The notes: generated from the sequence alone by a model not told the origin. A DNA stretch of 61,761 bases, filler included, from Squatina squatina (GCA_031763465.1; 3 parts of 3 records of this genome joined end to end with filler, not necessarily neighbours in it), one strand, 5' to 3'; shown: positions 1 through 13,623, counted from the whole stretch's first letter. Translations and numbers: made by a program.

Positions 1-1660
1 CCCGACAAGGGGGCAGTTGGTCCCTGCTGTGCTCAGGCAGTGCTGGAAGGCTGGGCTGTCTTCCCCACTCTGACTCCCTCGCTCTGGGGCACAGCCTTGC
101 TCCTTCTGGAGGACGGTTCACTTAGGGACAGATGCCAGCTGGGAACCTGCCAGTGGGCTGAGGCCTGTCCTGCAGCCACTCGGAGCTGGAAACACCACAC
201 TAAATGAGGGGCACGTGGCACAAGGACCTGCCACGTGAGGCCCAGTGGCAGCGTGTTACAGGGGGCAGCAGGGCAGACTCCACCAGCGGGAGATGAGGTA
301 GCATATTGGGTAGTGGCTCAGGGAGGCACAATGGGTGAAAAGTGGGAGTGCTTTAAGCGGAGTTTCCTCTTCAATGTCCCCTTTGGCCATCATCCCTCTC
401 CTGGGCTAGTGCCACACCACCCTTGCAGATCAGCTTGGTGAAGGTCAGTGCCAGGCTGTAAGGCCACAGATAAGGTATCTGCCATCCTGTTTAAGGAATC
501 AGAAATCTGTGCAGCTGTGGTCATGGCCTGCATGAACTAATTTGAGAGTTATATTTGAAGTTCCATGGAGGTGGCCATTTTCCCCATGGCAGACATTCTC
601 ACCATTCCCTGCACCACCAATCCACTAGCGATCAAGTTGCTCTCCTCCATCCTCTCCACTATTGTGGAGCATCTGCGTGGCACAGCTGTACATGGCTGTA
701 CATCCTGTGATGGTGCAGCCTCAGAAGGAATGAGATCCTCCACAGAATCGTCCTCATGCATGTCCAGAAACACTTGCTGTACGCATGTAGGCCCTGGAAG
801 ATAAAAGAAAGGGATAGGATTTAGTTGTGGCAAAGCCACAATCTTGGCAATCACCATACTCGATCTTTTCATAGTTCAGTCATCGATAAAATAAAGTCAA
901 CATATGTGTGTCAGAGATATTTGTAATTCTGTCACCAGCTATCTGTGAGTTCCCTGTCACTCCATCTCTGATTGAGAAGAACGCAGATGTGCCACTTATC
1001 TCATTCTCCTGCCACTTAGGACATCCTCCTCTGCACCTGTTAGCTGGACTATTAGTGTTAGCCCACCTTCAGTCCTCTCCCTTTCTCTTGCATTTTGCAT
1101 TCTCTTTTCTTATAAGGGGCAAAAAAACAGACCTGTGAGTGAGTGAAGGTCAGGTATTCTTCCAACAGATGCAGTACATTCAGTGAGGGTGACTATGAGA
1201 CACATTGCATAAGGATCGGGGTGAGTGGCAATGGTGGATAGATTAATGGGGAAATGTTGAAGTACATAGAAAGCCTGGGTGTTGCTGAAAGTTGAGTGAG
1301 TGTGAGGAGTGATGTTGTGGAGAATGCTTAGCAAGACAAAGTGGAAAGGGGCAGGGCTTATAACACAGTATGTAGGTGAATCAGTAAATGNNNNNNNNNN
1401 CCTGCTACTCACCTCGTCAGCTACCTCCAGCCATGCCTTCTTGTTGAGAATCGCAGGTTTCTTCCTCCCTGGTGAAAAGTATGTCCTCCTGCTCCTGACT
1501 GCACCCAGCAGTAATTCCAGTGATGCATCATTGAATCTGGGTTCTGCCCTTGCCCTATGTGAATGCCTCCAATTCCATTTGTACATTGCACCTTTAAATA
1601 CAGCTGAGATCGCATCATGGGGTGCACATCACGCCCACTGCGCAACACGGAGAAGCAAAA
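1..1660 (-). mobile_element. Decayed PIF/Harbinger transposon, Myb/SANT-like DNA-binding protein gene remnant
   Basis: Minus strand ~1391-1560 reads RARAEPRFNDASLELLLGAVRSRR...KKAWLEVADEVSSR, typical of a Harbinger Myb/SANT-like domain. ~1020-1110 reads KRMQNARERERTEGG...LTGAEEDVL, the usual following segment (like EKRAHNxRERxxTGGG). Further low-complexity pieces lie at 549-872. Outer boundaries are approximate. Confidence 0.7.
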
Positions 1661-3356
1661 CATGGAAGTCAAAATGAATTGCTTAAATTCAGCTGTGATC
1701 AGAGATTGCGACCACTGAGTTGCCTTCAGGGTTTCGTCCATGCAATTCCACTCTCTCCCCCCACCCCCCGCTCCCTGCTCCTGCTNNNNNNNNNNNNNNN
1801 NNNNNNNNNNNNNNNNNNNNNNNNNNNNNNNNNNNNNNNNNNNNNNNNNNNNNNNNNNNNNNNNNNNNNNNNNNNNNNNNNNNNNNNNNNNNNNNNNNNN
1901 NNNNNNNNNNNNNNNNNNNNNNNNNNNNNNNNNNNNNNNNNNNNNNNNNNNNNNNNNNNNNNNNNNNNNNNNNNNNNNNNNNNNNNNNNNNNNNNNNNNN
2001 NNNNNNNNNNNNNNNNNNNNNNNNNNNNNNNNNNNNNNNNNNNNNNNNNNNNNNNNNNNNNNNNNNNNNNNNNNNNNNNNNNNNNNNNNNNNNNNNNNNN
2101 NNNNNNNNNNNNNNNNNNNNNNNNNNNNNNNNNNNNNNNNNACAGAATATAAATGCGTACGCTCCTCTCCACTTTCTCCAACATGAAGAGGTAAAGATCA
2201 TGTAATTAACCTTCCTGCTGCTCGAAGTAAGTCTCAATGAGATTCATCCAAAAGGTTTGTACATCAAAGTCAAGATTTCCTACATATTTGAGAGTGGGCC
2301 AACCTGCCTAACTTTCAGAAAAGAATAACAATTATTTTTCTGCCACATCTATGATTTTATAAGAAATTACTATTTTTAATACATTGGGAGAGTTTCCAAG
2401 GATTGCTGAAAAATATCCTTAATAGAGGCTGAAATAGAACATTATTTAAGAGAGGTGCAATTTTAACTCTTCCAAAGTTTTTGTGTATGGGCAATGTTAA
2501 TCCTCCTCAGGACAGAACCCCATAACATTGGAGTAACTGCAACAGTTAGCTACTTGGCAACAGCATATAAAAAAGGGGTTTTATATTCCACTTAATGTTC
2601 TTTATTTAACTACAAAGACAAATAATAGATTTTATTTGCATTACAAAACATATCATCAATGGAATTTATGCACTTGATGACAGTTATCTTTTGTAAATTT
2701 TGAAAGAATATTCATATTTTTGGATTAAGACAGAGAGACTGTAATTATTCACAGATGTACCAAAAACCATTGATATAAAACAAATCTGCCATAAGGGAAG
2801 GCTAGAATCAAGTGGGCACTACTTTTATACCAATTTGCACAAAAGTTAGAATCGATCACAAAACCAAGATTTTGGACTTTACGGGGAAACTAGAAGTTTT
2901 CAGGTGGAAGAAAAGATCATGCAGTGATTGTGTCACCTGTATTAACGACTGACTTTTCCTGGAAATAGATAATCAATGTTTATAAAGACACGTGTGACAT
3001 TTTGGCGATAATGATGGTTCAAGAATAATATTGAGAGGTTCATTGATAATTTAAGAGGAATTAAGGATGAGATCCAGAAGCATGCATATGATTAACTCCT
3101 GTACAGTACACTTAGCTGTGCCCCTGTGTACATCTAGATGAATCAATAACTATGGATTCAGTGAATCCTACATATCTGTCTCCGTCTGAGCTAAGAATAC
3201 AGTTATACAGTTCTATTAGTACTATCACGTTGGGATTCTCTCGTATACTCCCATTTGACTAATACACTGATCCTACATCAAGGTAGGAGAAATGCATGTA
3301 ATAGTTTGAGTGCCATGATGGATTTTGATATCACTAATATGCATGAAAAAGACCTT

Positions 3357-3637
3357 GGGCACCCAATTGGTCTGCCCTGAGTTTGAAACGTAAGTGGACC
3401 AAAAACAATGATTTTAGCGCCCATTTCGCACCATCCTGCTAAGTCACGGTATTCGAGGCTTTGAGAAATTTTTTCGGGCAGCTTGAAAACTGGTGCCGAA
3501 ATCAATGCTGATGGGTCCCTGATTGGCACTAAACTGCTTTCAGCAGGCCAATTCAGCAACCAATCTAAGGAGCTGCAATCATGTGTCAGGCCACCTCAGC
3601 CCTTAAAGGGGCTCGTTCTGGAGACACAAGCACTGCT
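3357..3637 (+). mobile_element. Non-autonomous DNA transposon left end (GGGCRCCCAATTGG family), copy 1
   Basis: Begins GGGCACCCAATTGGTCTGCCCT and is clearly similar by eye to copies at 24385 and 56355, including the shared AAGGGGCTCGT...GAGACACAAGCACTGCT block with 56355. Confidence 0.7.
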
Positions 3638-4640
3638 NNNNNNNNNNNNNNNNNNNNNNNNNNNNNNNNNNNNNNNNNNNNNNNNNNNNNNNNNNNNNNN
3701 NNNNNNNNNNNNNNNNNNNNNNNNNNNNNNNNNNNNNGGTTAAATCGATAGGTTTATAGCTAAGTTTGGTGGATTTTTTAAATGTTAATTATGTTATTGA
3801 TTTAATGGTTAAATTTAATCAGTTGTGTAAAAAAGCAACACGGCCACCCATGATACGAGGACACTATAAAAGTCGTGGTAACACTGATTTTTTGATTCAG
3901 TACGATGTCAAAGGAAAGAAATAGTCTAAACTCTAGCAACACAGTGGCAGGTTGGTGGAGCTCCTTTTGGTGTGCAAGGAGTGGTCGACATGGGTTTGCC
4001 CCACAGATATAATTTGGGAAGCTATGTAGAGAATGCCCAGCTGTTAGTTTAGATCTCTAATGTTCCACAGTAAAACTCTTCTCATGCATTCAAAATAGCA
4101 TTGAAGTAAAACAGCAGTAATATGTTGAAAGTTTCTACCTCTTTGTCTTAGATTCCTTGGTGGTGAAATTCCACTTTCACCAGAAAGGAAAAGCAGGCGG
4201 AGTGAATAACGGGCAAATGATCTGCATTTGCATATTTTGCATCCCTGTCGAAGTTGAACTTTACCCTCTATAGGCCGTAAATGTTCTGTTGGAGCGTTGA
4301 CCTCTTATAACTACTCTCTGTTTCCTATTACTTAGCCAAATGAAAATCCTGTTTAAAAGCCTCAACTTCATATCCACTAGCTGTCCTGCCAGGGTGATTC
4401 TGCAATCCCACATTCTCAGTGGGGACTTGTGCTCGAATGGAGAGAGCTACATGGTTTAAAGAATTATCACTTATGTCTTAAAGAATTTGGCTGTGGCTGT
4501 CTGATGTGATTTATATAAGTTCGCAATCAATGAATAAATTCAATATATAAACAATCATTGTAGAATGAACTACTCATATTCTTATGATCCACAAAATACA
4601 ATTTTCTTTCATCTTTGCTTCACCCTGCTTTGCAATGTAG

Positions 4641-4718
4641 ATCTTCCTGTCCTATGTGTACTGATGAAAGGATGTTTCCAGACTATGATGGTGCAACTGA
4701 CTGCAATCACACTTACAG
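4641..4718 (+). other. Candidate 78-nt exon of unknown gene (SSCPMCTDERMFPDYDGATDCNHTY in the phase-2 frame)
   Basis: Pyrimidine tract plus TGTAG acceptor, ACAG|GTCAGT donor, length divisible by 3, two open frames. No firm identity. Confidence 0.3.
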
Positions 4719-4959
4719 GTCAGTGTTAGTGACAAAAAAGTGAATTTGTTTGAAATGCCATTAATTCACATAATAAAATGTAAATCAAGCTAGCATGCTT
4801 TGCAGATAATATGTGTATTTATGATGTAAGCTGTGTTTTATTGCAGTATAAAATATATACAGTTCTGAGTATTTTATGAATAATAAGGGTGTGACATATT
4901 AATTTGGTCAGACACATACATATTGTGGACCTTTCCCATCAGAATGTGATGGAAATCTG

Positions 4960-5197
4960 ATATGTAAAATTCACATCCACCATGGTAAGTTGTGTAACTG
5001 AAGTTAATAAATCTGGCAATTAGTGGGCTAGCACTGAAAATGACCATCCAAGTTGTTGGATTGTTGCAAAAATTCAACCAGTTCACTAATCTCCTTCAGG
5101 GAAGGGAACCTGCCATCTCTACCTGGTCTGGTTTATACGTGACTCTTGTCCACATGCCATGGATGACCATAATGTCCTCTGAAGTGCCCTAGCAAGC
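4960..5197 (+). mobile_element. tRNA-type SINE fragment, same family as 37749-38092
   Basis: Shares CCTTCAGGGAAGGGAACCTGCCATC..TACCTGGTCTGG..TACGTGACTC with the 37749 copy. Confidence 0.65.
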
Positions 5198-6945
5198 NNN
5201 NNNNNNNNNNNNNNNNNNNNNNNNNNNNNNNNNNNNNNNNNNNNNNNNNNNNNNNNNNNNNNNNNNNNNNNNNNNNNNNNNNNNNNNNNNNNNNNNNTTA
5301 ATAAATGGAGGAAAATATGACCCAAGTATCTTGGAAGACCCTCTGATGGGAACAGTACCCTTTAAGAGCCTTCTCAAGCTATGCTCCAAGTTTTAATAAT
5401 GGTGCAAAGAGAAAATCCTGATCACAGCATATGAATTAAGGGATATATTTTACATTGAAAAATTCTGCTCGTTACCAAGAACAATTGAGTGCACATCTGG
5501 AAACTCATGGTTTAATAGTTAGTTTAAAATGTATTTTTTGAAGTACTTTTAGCAGCAGGAAGGAATCTGTAGATGTTAACAAAGCACCTACTGGGAAGCA
5601 TTATCTTCTTTTGTAAAATATTACCATTGTACATCATTATGGTACTGGATGAATAGGTGGTATATTTAAGGTGCAAATATTCAAATGATCCTTTCTTAAA
5701 TTAGTTGCACAACTAATAAATAAAGATTCCTGGAACTAAATAGTGGCTTGTTAAAAGCAGTTTAGTATACAATGAAAGGAATATATTATCATGGTTCTAC
5801 TTTTCTATATGCAAACTGACTTTATACCCAGACAAAGTAACTTTAAAAACCTTACCAGGTCGTAAATTTTCTTTTATATCTTGCAACATGAATGATTCCG
5901 TGATACTGCAGTGTCAAAGTTGCAGATCAGCAGTGCAGCAAACACAATTAACATTTAGCAGCTTGATGCTGAAATTAACAGCTGAATCTTTGATATTTGG
6001 GGAGAAAAGAAAAAAATACTGACTGAGAGACCAAGGAAAATCTGTTATTATTTATTGGAATTCAATATATGGAATACTGCAAACTTGAAAAAAAATACCA
6101 ACAGTGTAGTTTGTGTACAACCCAGCTGGACAATAGTACCTTTCATACAAAAGCAAGTAGTCAAGTAGGTAGTTTTAATGGCATGTGACGCATGGGAGCC
6201 ATTGTAATACAAACACATTTTAATTGTGTTACGATGGCAACACTGTCAGTGAGAACTCCTGTTTGGCAATTGTATTTAAAATTCAGAATATGTGTTTTGA
6301 ATCTTTAAAGCAGGCTGAACTTTGAAGGCCATCTGTGTTCATGGTGTATAATACCATTGGTGCAGATGATGGGAAGGTCTATTGCTGTTTTTATGGTATT
6401 TCCCAGATTACTTTGCATTGGAAAGTCTTGCTGTCAGATGGAAAATTGTATTATTTAATGGAAAGCTTTTTAAAAAAGATTATATGTAATAAAACTAATT
6501 AGGCAAGGAACATTGTCAATACTTAGACATGTTCTATGACAATACTAAATGACAGTAGAACAACTGCTGTGAAATGGAATAATAATAAAATGAAGATATT
6601 TCATGATGGCCTTTCTACTATGAGCATTATGCAGTAGGATATTTAAAACTGCATTAACCTGCAATTTGGTATTGCACAGGCCTAATGTGAGCCTGAATGA
6701 ATATTATCAGAATTATTTTGATTGATGTCATTAAGACACACCTAAACTGCTGCTAGTTACCTCCCCTTTTAATCAGGAGTGAGGCTAGATTATTTTTAAG
6801 TCAGAAGAGGGTTTGCAAGAAAGGCTTCTTGTCACTGGTAGGACANNNNNNNNNNNNNNNNNNNNNNNNNNNNNNNNNNNNNNNNNNNNNNNNNNNNNNN
6901 NNNNNNNNNNNNNNNNNNNNNNNNNNNNNNNNNNNNNNNNNNNNN

Positions 6946-7082
6946 TTCACCACAAGGACTGCAGCAGTTCAAGGCGGCAGCTCATCACCACCTTCTCAAG
7001 GGCAATTAGGGATGTGCAATAAATGCTGGCCTTGCCAGTGACTCCCACATCCCGGAACGAATAGCAATGTTAAAAAAAAAAA
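6946..7082 (+). mobile_element. LINE/SINE 3' tail (GGCAGCTCATCACCACCTTCTCAAGGGCAATTAGGGATG...A-tail)
   Basis: Common shark retroposon tail, also seen at ~38020-38090 and ~38320-38420. Confidence 0.65.
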
Positions 7083-8833
7083 GGCTTCTTATAAGCAGTC
7101 TAAAATGATGTCTGTCTGAAATGGTTGCTGATCACTTTGACTTCATGGAGATTGCGGTTAAGGCCTTGTAAATTAGAAGTAGGTCCATGTGATGCATGTA
7201 AGGCTTTTGAAGATTTTTCAATGATGCTCTCTTCTAAGAGCAGTGTACATACAGTCAGGAATGTCTGTTCACAGACCACCTTATTCAGTTCTTGGAAAAC
7301 TGTTGATTAAATAAGAAATTTCACTGCAGATTCCCAGCCAGAGTAGAAGTATCTTGGTGTAATAAAATAAAGCACTGCTGCTCTTTTGCCTTACGAGGCC
7401 TGAGCCACTGCCCACATCTTCCAATCGCTTACTGGTAGATCCACTGACTTATCTGGAATGCACTGGAAAGGATGGTGGAAGTAAATTTAGTAGTAACCTT
7501 CTATATAGATGCACCCTCCATATCTCCAGCTAATATTGCTGCCAGGTAGAGGGCAGAGCAGATGCCTCCATGCTGTTCTGGGAAGAGGAGAAACCAAATT
7601 GAAAATACTCCTTGGCAGTGGGAAAACCTCTTGTCTGCCACAATTAATACACGTTGTAAAATCTCTCCACACTTTTTTTCCCAATTGTTTGAAGTATGAA
7701 AATCAGCCAGGCTCAAACTTTGAAGACCTGAAGTTACACGTCTACCTTTTCTGCTGAGCAGTCCAAGGACGGGGAAGGCCTGTTTTATATATGCCAGGTG
7801 CTGAGACTGGCATTGGGGCGAAAGACATGGCCTCACAATGCAGCGAACCCCTCATTTGTGTTCTTCCTCGGGGGGGGGCAGCCGAGTGGAGAGTCAGTGG
7901 TGCTGCTGGTGCAAATGTACAGAAGTGCAATTGTGAGGGGTAAGTCAGTGTTGCGACCCCTGCAGTCATTTCTATCCTCGCCTGCCCAACTTCTGCTTTA
8001 ATTCTGGTGGTAATGTAGAGGAAAGTCTAGGTTAGTGTTTCTTGTTTCAACTACTTTTTTTTTAAATTTCTACAGATAAGTTGATGAATTTTTCTTCAGA
8101 CATTGGGTGGCTCTTGTTCGAACAGAAAGTGATGTAAACGAACTTCCTGAGTATGTTCCAGAAGAGGCGTAACAGGGCCACCCTGATGTCTGAAAGCCAG
8201 GCCAGTTATCCGCAGCATCTGACACCAGCAGCTCAACTTGGCTGGAAGTTGGTATGCCATAGGTCGGAAGAGACAAATTTCCTGAGAATTCAATCTGGCA
8301 TTGCTGACTATACAGATTTTGATTCAGTGAGTTACAAATTAAGACCTGAAGCTGGATATTCCTCTGCAATTCTGCTCAAAAATCAGGTGGCAAGGCCAAC
8401 TGCTGCCTCCCCGCCATGACCTCAATTTCCCTCTCCTGGCCCCACCATGGGACTACTACTGGTTACCCTTACCCCGCCGATGAAAGAGAGGGCCCAGGTT
8501 CGTAGACCCATTCCCCTTGCAGCCGCCACTGCTCCCTGGGGAAAAAATGAAATTACGGAAATCGTTGGGGCTCATCTTCCCCTTTAAGTGATCTCCGGCT
8601 TGTTCTGGTGCTGCAACTGCAGGCTGTCTGCAGAATTGCCAGGCTTTCCTTACTTGGCAACAGTGTGCTGCCTCTTGGTGATAGGTGGGATCCCACCATG
8701 CTCATCAAAGCAACCCTGACCCCAGAATCCTGCCTCACCACTACCCTGCTACAGAGAGGAGAATTCAGCCCCTTCTATTAACTTCCTTTACAAGATATAT
8801 ATGCAAGGGGATATGAATGCGCTTACCCAAAGA

Positions 8834-9057
8834 TAGGTTAGAATGTGGAACTTGCTACCACATGGAGTAGTTGAGGCGAATAGCATAGAAGCAATTAAGG
8901 GGAAGCTAGCTAAGTACATGAGGGAGAAAGGAATAGAAGGCTATGTTGATGGGGTTAGATGAAGAAAGATAGGAGGAGGCTTGTGTAGGGCATAAACGCG
9001 GTCATTGACCAGTCGGGCCAAATGGCCTGTTTATGTGCTATAAATTTTATGTATGTA
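8834..9057 (+). mobile_element. CR1 LINE 3' end
   Basis: GGTTAGAATGTGGAACT...GGGGAAGCTAG..AAGTACATGAGGGAG...GGGCCAAATGGCCTGTT; related copy at 34813-34953. Confidence 0.75.
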
Positions 9058-9737
9058 ATTCCACTTTTTCTCCCTTAAACTTCAAGAAAGTCAGGAATAT
9101 GTTTTCTTTTTAATGGGTTTTGGCAACTCGCAGAGAAATAGTTGGGCAAGTGCAAAGTAACCACCAAGGAACTGTTAAAGTGTCTTTGTTGCTTAAGTGG
9201 CTGTTATAGTTGAGTTCCCATAAAACTAAAACCAAGGCATGCTGCGGTCTCTGAGCCCTGCTTCACCTTGTTCAGAGGCCTCTAGTGCATCATACATAAA
9301 GAATGAAAAATATTTTCAGACACTAGTAAACACGTACTAGATTTGCAAGATGTCCTTCATGCAGCTCTGGAGGATTACATGCTCTCCATTTTGTTCAATT
9401 TGGCATTAGTCACAGGTAATTACATACAAACACACCTTCTTTCTGGTACACCATATCACAAATAAAGAGAAAGATTCAAGTGCAAGTTTGGTTCCAGCTA
9501 ATTATTCAATTCTCAAAGTGTTGCTACAATGTCGCCTGCTGTGACACTGAATCTGCTTTAAGGCAAGTTACCTTATCACTTAATGAGTTTTTTCCCCAAA
9601 AATATCTGCAAATTGCAGCTCCCCTCTTGGTCCAGTGCATAAATGCACTACTCTGTGATACCAAGCTAAATAGACCAGGAAGGTAAAAGGTTCCATCCCT
9701 GGAATAAAAAAATAATTTAAAAGGTTAATGACCTTTA

Positions 9738-9862
9738 TCTCGAGGGCTGGAATACAAAGGGGTGGAAGTTACGTTAGTCTGGTTAGACCCCATCTGGAGT
9801 ATTGCATTCAGTTCTGGGCACTGCACCTCAGGAAGGATAAGTTGGGATGGGTGTAGCGCAGA
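9738..9862 (+). mobile_element. CR1 ORF2 fragment
   Basis: Encodes [20 protein letters not shown], a CR1 ORF2 C-terminal motif. Confidence 0.75.
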
Positions 9863-9865
9863 TAG

Positions 9866-10292
9866 AAAGAAGAAAGACTTGCATTTATATAGTGCCTTTC
9901 ACGACCACTGAATGTCTCAAAGCACTTTACAACCAATGAAGTACTGTTATAATGTGGGAAACACGACAGCCAATTTGTGCACAGCCAGGTCCCACAAACA
10001 GCAAAGTGATAATGACCAGATAATCTGTTTTTGTTTTGATTGAGGGATAAATATTGGCCAGTACACCGCTCTTCTTCAAAATAGTGCCATGGGATCTTTT
10101 ACGTCCACCTGAGAATGCAGACAGGGCCTCGATTTAATGTCTCATCTGAAAGACGACACCTCTGACAGTGCAGCACTCCCTCAGCACTGCACTGGAGTGC
10201 CAGCCTGGATTATGTACTCACGTCTCTGGAGTGGGACTTGAACCCACAACCTACTGACTCAGAGTGTGCTACCACTCAGACACGGCTGACAC
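9866..10292 (-). mobile_element. Near full-length DeuSINE (SacSINE1/AmnSINE1-like tRNA-derived SINE)
   Basis: Minus strand has a B-box GGTTCAAGTCCC, the Deu-domain text (GAGGGAGTGCTGCACTGTC...TTTCAGATGAGACATTAAA...CAGGTGGACGTAAAAGATCCCATGGCACTATTT) and an L2-like tail GCACTATATAAATGCAAGTCTTTC. Confidence 0.85.
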
Positions 10293-12195
10293 ACTATCAT
10301 ATTGTACTGTACCTGACTGAGCTGTGCTTGATGCCGACACTGATGACTGAAAAGGAAAGTATTCACCAGCATTGCTATTCCTCAACTTGAACACAAAAAA
10401 AACTTTAAAAAAGATTTAAAAAAATTCACTTTCATGAAAGATTTTACTGGGAAATCCTGTTTGCAATCTCTTGGTTCAGTGACATAAATGACGTTGAGAT
10501 GCATCATCGCTTCACTTGTGTGTGCCACTGTGACCAAAAAAAAACAGATATCTCTGGGTATTTCTTTGGCAAATAGGAAAAGAAAGTTCACTCAATTTGT
10601 TCCGTGAACATTGCCCTTAACATTGCCTTACTGAAACCTACACCCCCCACCCACCTCCACACAAATGTGTATCTTGCAGCAGTATCAGAAGAATCAGCCA
10701 ACGTAAATGTTTCTTAAGGAGCAAAAAATGCCCCTTTATTACATCAAAATTGGACCTTAAAAATGAACTTTCTGGGTGCTACAGCTACTGGTCTGAAACC
10801 CATAGATGCAGTTTGGGTTTCAGCTGCAATTAACCTATTTCCCCACATGCTTACTGTATGTGCATACTGTGCAGGCATTTAAATTAATTGTAGTTGGGTG
10901 TTGAAAGTATTGAGGTCCAAGGTGCACCAGGGGCACTTCTGTTACACCTGGTTTGACACTGCACTGGATTTACACCTGTATAGAGGTGAGACCACTGCCT
11001 CCAATAAATCTCCCTCCACTCTGCTCAGGAATCTGATTTACCCTGATTCGAAATTTTGTTATGCAGACAAAACTGCTTTGTAACGAAGCTAAGTTTTGTA
11101 GTGTAAATGCACCCATTGCAAACTCCAGTGCCTATTGACAAGCAACAAAAGGAAAAGGTGTTCACTTCAGGAGATAGACTCAGGTCTGATTCTAACATCA
11201 AACTTCATGGTGTTGCAGAGAAATAGCCCCCTATTCCCCGTCCCCTTTAAATTCTGCAGTTTTTAATGCCGGTGTCCAACTTGCTGTCTTTTATTGGAGA
11301 TTTGACGATGAAGAATGCAGTTCCTTTATGCAACCCATGTGCCTCATAATTGCGTACTTTGCACTGTTAATTGTTCTCATTAACAGAAAAGGCTCTGGTT
11401 TAAAAGCCAAGTCCTATGGAGAAGGCCTTGTGTAACACCAAGGCTCTATCCGTGCTTTATGAGAAAAATATTGCATAGTGGCATTTTTAAATTGCCATTT
11501 TCATGTAGATTTATGCAAAACAATACTGTTCCAGTTCACTTCCTTTGTCAAGATTGTAATGTAAGGACATGCTACTTGCGGAATTTGCTCTTGGCTATAT
11601 ATTATGAGTTAGCATTCCCGACACAGAGTGGTCACGATGGTCGTGTATATCGAGATTTTGGGGGCGAAGGTCAATAGCGGGCAGGATCTTCCATTTAATT
11701 TTAACTTATGAAAAATCATGGAGGCCTTTTTGCCTCTGTGCTCTCATTCCTGTCGTGTAAAGTTCCGTGCTGGGAGTGCTAGTCCATAAAACCGACTTCT
11801 GTCTTTATCAGATGGCAAGCCAGAGACAGAACTGAGAAAGTACAGCTTACAGGCTTATATATACTGGCCCACTCTAGAGGGAGTAAGAGAGCTGTGAGTA
11901 ATCTGATCATGCAGCAAGATTCTAGCTCATTTGTTTATAACACTGGCGAGAATCAAAGCCTTTGCTTGACCATTGCAAGGTTTACTTTCTGGCCAAGCTG
12001 CTGAGTGCTGATTCAAAGTGGTGTTTGAATGGGTAATAAACTGAGTCTGAACCTAGGCTAACCTGAGCTGGGCCATCTCCTCTTGTCTCTATTACCAGGG
12101 ACATTTAATTCACAACTTGTGGAACATTTCTTCCAACAGGTAAAATCTTACGGAAGTTAGTAAAAATATTGAAGGGATTTTGAAGTCCACTTAGA

Positions 12196-12314
12196 GGGAT
12201 AGGTCTTGATTTTGCGTGATCGAGTAAAATGGGTGGTAGCGAATCGACCAATGGGAAAAAAAATCAGGAGAAATGTAAAACAATGTAAAATAAAACAAAG
12301 TCAAGATCTACCCC
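12196..12314. mobile_element. MITE with ~19-bp TIRs
   Basis: Left end GGGATAGGTCTTGATTTTG versus reverse complement of right end GGGGTAGATCTTGACTTTG (3 mismatches); second copy at 30538-30691. Confidence 0.7.
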
Positions 12315-13275
12315 AGAAAGTGAGCTGAAGAATTTATATTGTACAAACTTTCCAATCACCCTGGGCTGTCACATAACACAGTGCAATCTTCATTTGTCTG
12401 AACTCCTTGAGACTCCAGCTCTAAAATCCNNNNNNNNNNNNNNNNNNNNNNNNNNNNNNNNNNNNNNNNNNNNNNNNNNNNNNNNNNNNNNNNNNNNNNN
12501 NNNNNNNNNNNNNNNNNNNNNNNNNNNNNGAAGCAAGAACTTGGTGGAGACAATAAAAATGTCTGTAATTGAGCTGCTTACTATCAACCAGATAGGACAG
12601 AAACCGAGTCTGTTGATATCTATTTGGCTGTCACTGGAGAACCACTAGCCCTTTTCATGCCCCAGTGGATTATCTACAAGATTTCAAGGAAGACCCCATT
12701 AAAGCCCCACTGTATGAAAAGCCAGTCCAAGGCTTATTTGTATAAATGTTTATATGGATGCAGAAAATAAATTATTTGGCTGTTTAGGGAATTGAAATAA
12801 AATCAATAGCCCAGTGAAACAAACCCATAAAGAACTGCACATTAGACATTTCTCCTTGTTCCTATTCATAATTAATGGCTTGCTTGCAGTTACCTTGGCA
12901 CTTCTAGTGTTACAACACTGCATTCAATATTAATATCAGTAAATAAAAAGTTTTAGCTCTGTGTACCTTCAGGTAGTAGAACATAACCTCACAGTTTTAT
13001 ATTAATTTTTATTCTGTGGCTGTGCAATGGGATTGAATGTAATAAGACATCCAGCTGCTTTTGAACAGATGACTTTCTGCAACCCAAGTCTTACCAGATC
13101 CCTTGTTGTAATCAGGGATTAGAGACCATGCTTGTAATTGTTGAAAAATTGATTTAATCTGTCTACCTCTTTTTTTCTTTTGCTGCACCCTTTAACTTTT
13201 TAATTTTCTTTTCTTTCTTTCATTCCTTCTTCAATTTTTTTCTGCAATTTCATAGCCAGATCCTACCTGTTACGA

Positions 13276-13349
13276 CACTGAAATAAAAACAGAAAATGCT
13301 GGAAATACTCAGCAAGTTCGGCAGCATCTGTGGAGAGAAACAGAGTTAA
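13276..13349 (-). mobile_element. Penelope-like element terminal repeat fragment
   Basis: Minus strand TTAACTCTGTTTCTCTCCACAGATGCTGCC...TGCTGAGTATTTCCAGCATTTTCTGTTTTTATTTCAG; related copies at 13624 and 32372. Family assignment is from recall. Confidence 0.55.
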
Positions 13350-13623
13350 TGGCCCTGAAATTCTGGTCAGAGCTTTCCCGCAGGTGCAGGCCTCCGACCA
13401 GAAAGATTTTTCCGACAAGTACCTGGTGGTCTGGTAGGTTCGCAGCCTTGCATTCCTGGGCCTCCATGCGAACGCCAGCATAGAGGCCCAGGTATCCTAG
13501 CAGTGTATGCACTTCACATACGCNNNNNNNNNNNNNNNNNNNNNNNNNNNNNNNNNNNNNNNNNNNNNNNNNNNNNNNNNNNNNNNNNNNNNNNNNNNNN
13601 NNNNNNNNNNNNNNNNNNNNNNN

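Noticed and set aside
2146-2190. Possible 45-nt exon NINAYAPLHFLQHEE followed by GTAAAG
   Set aside because: Sits at a gap edge, acceptor context is invisible and the peptide is unrecognised.
5856-5990. Minus-strand exon-like segment with a GTAAGG donor and MLIVFAALLIC signal-like peptide
   Set aside because: All frames stop before the donor or give only a trivial peptide.
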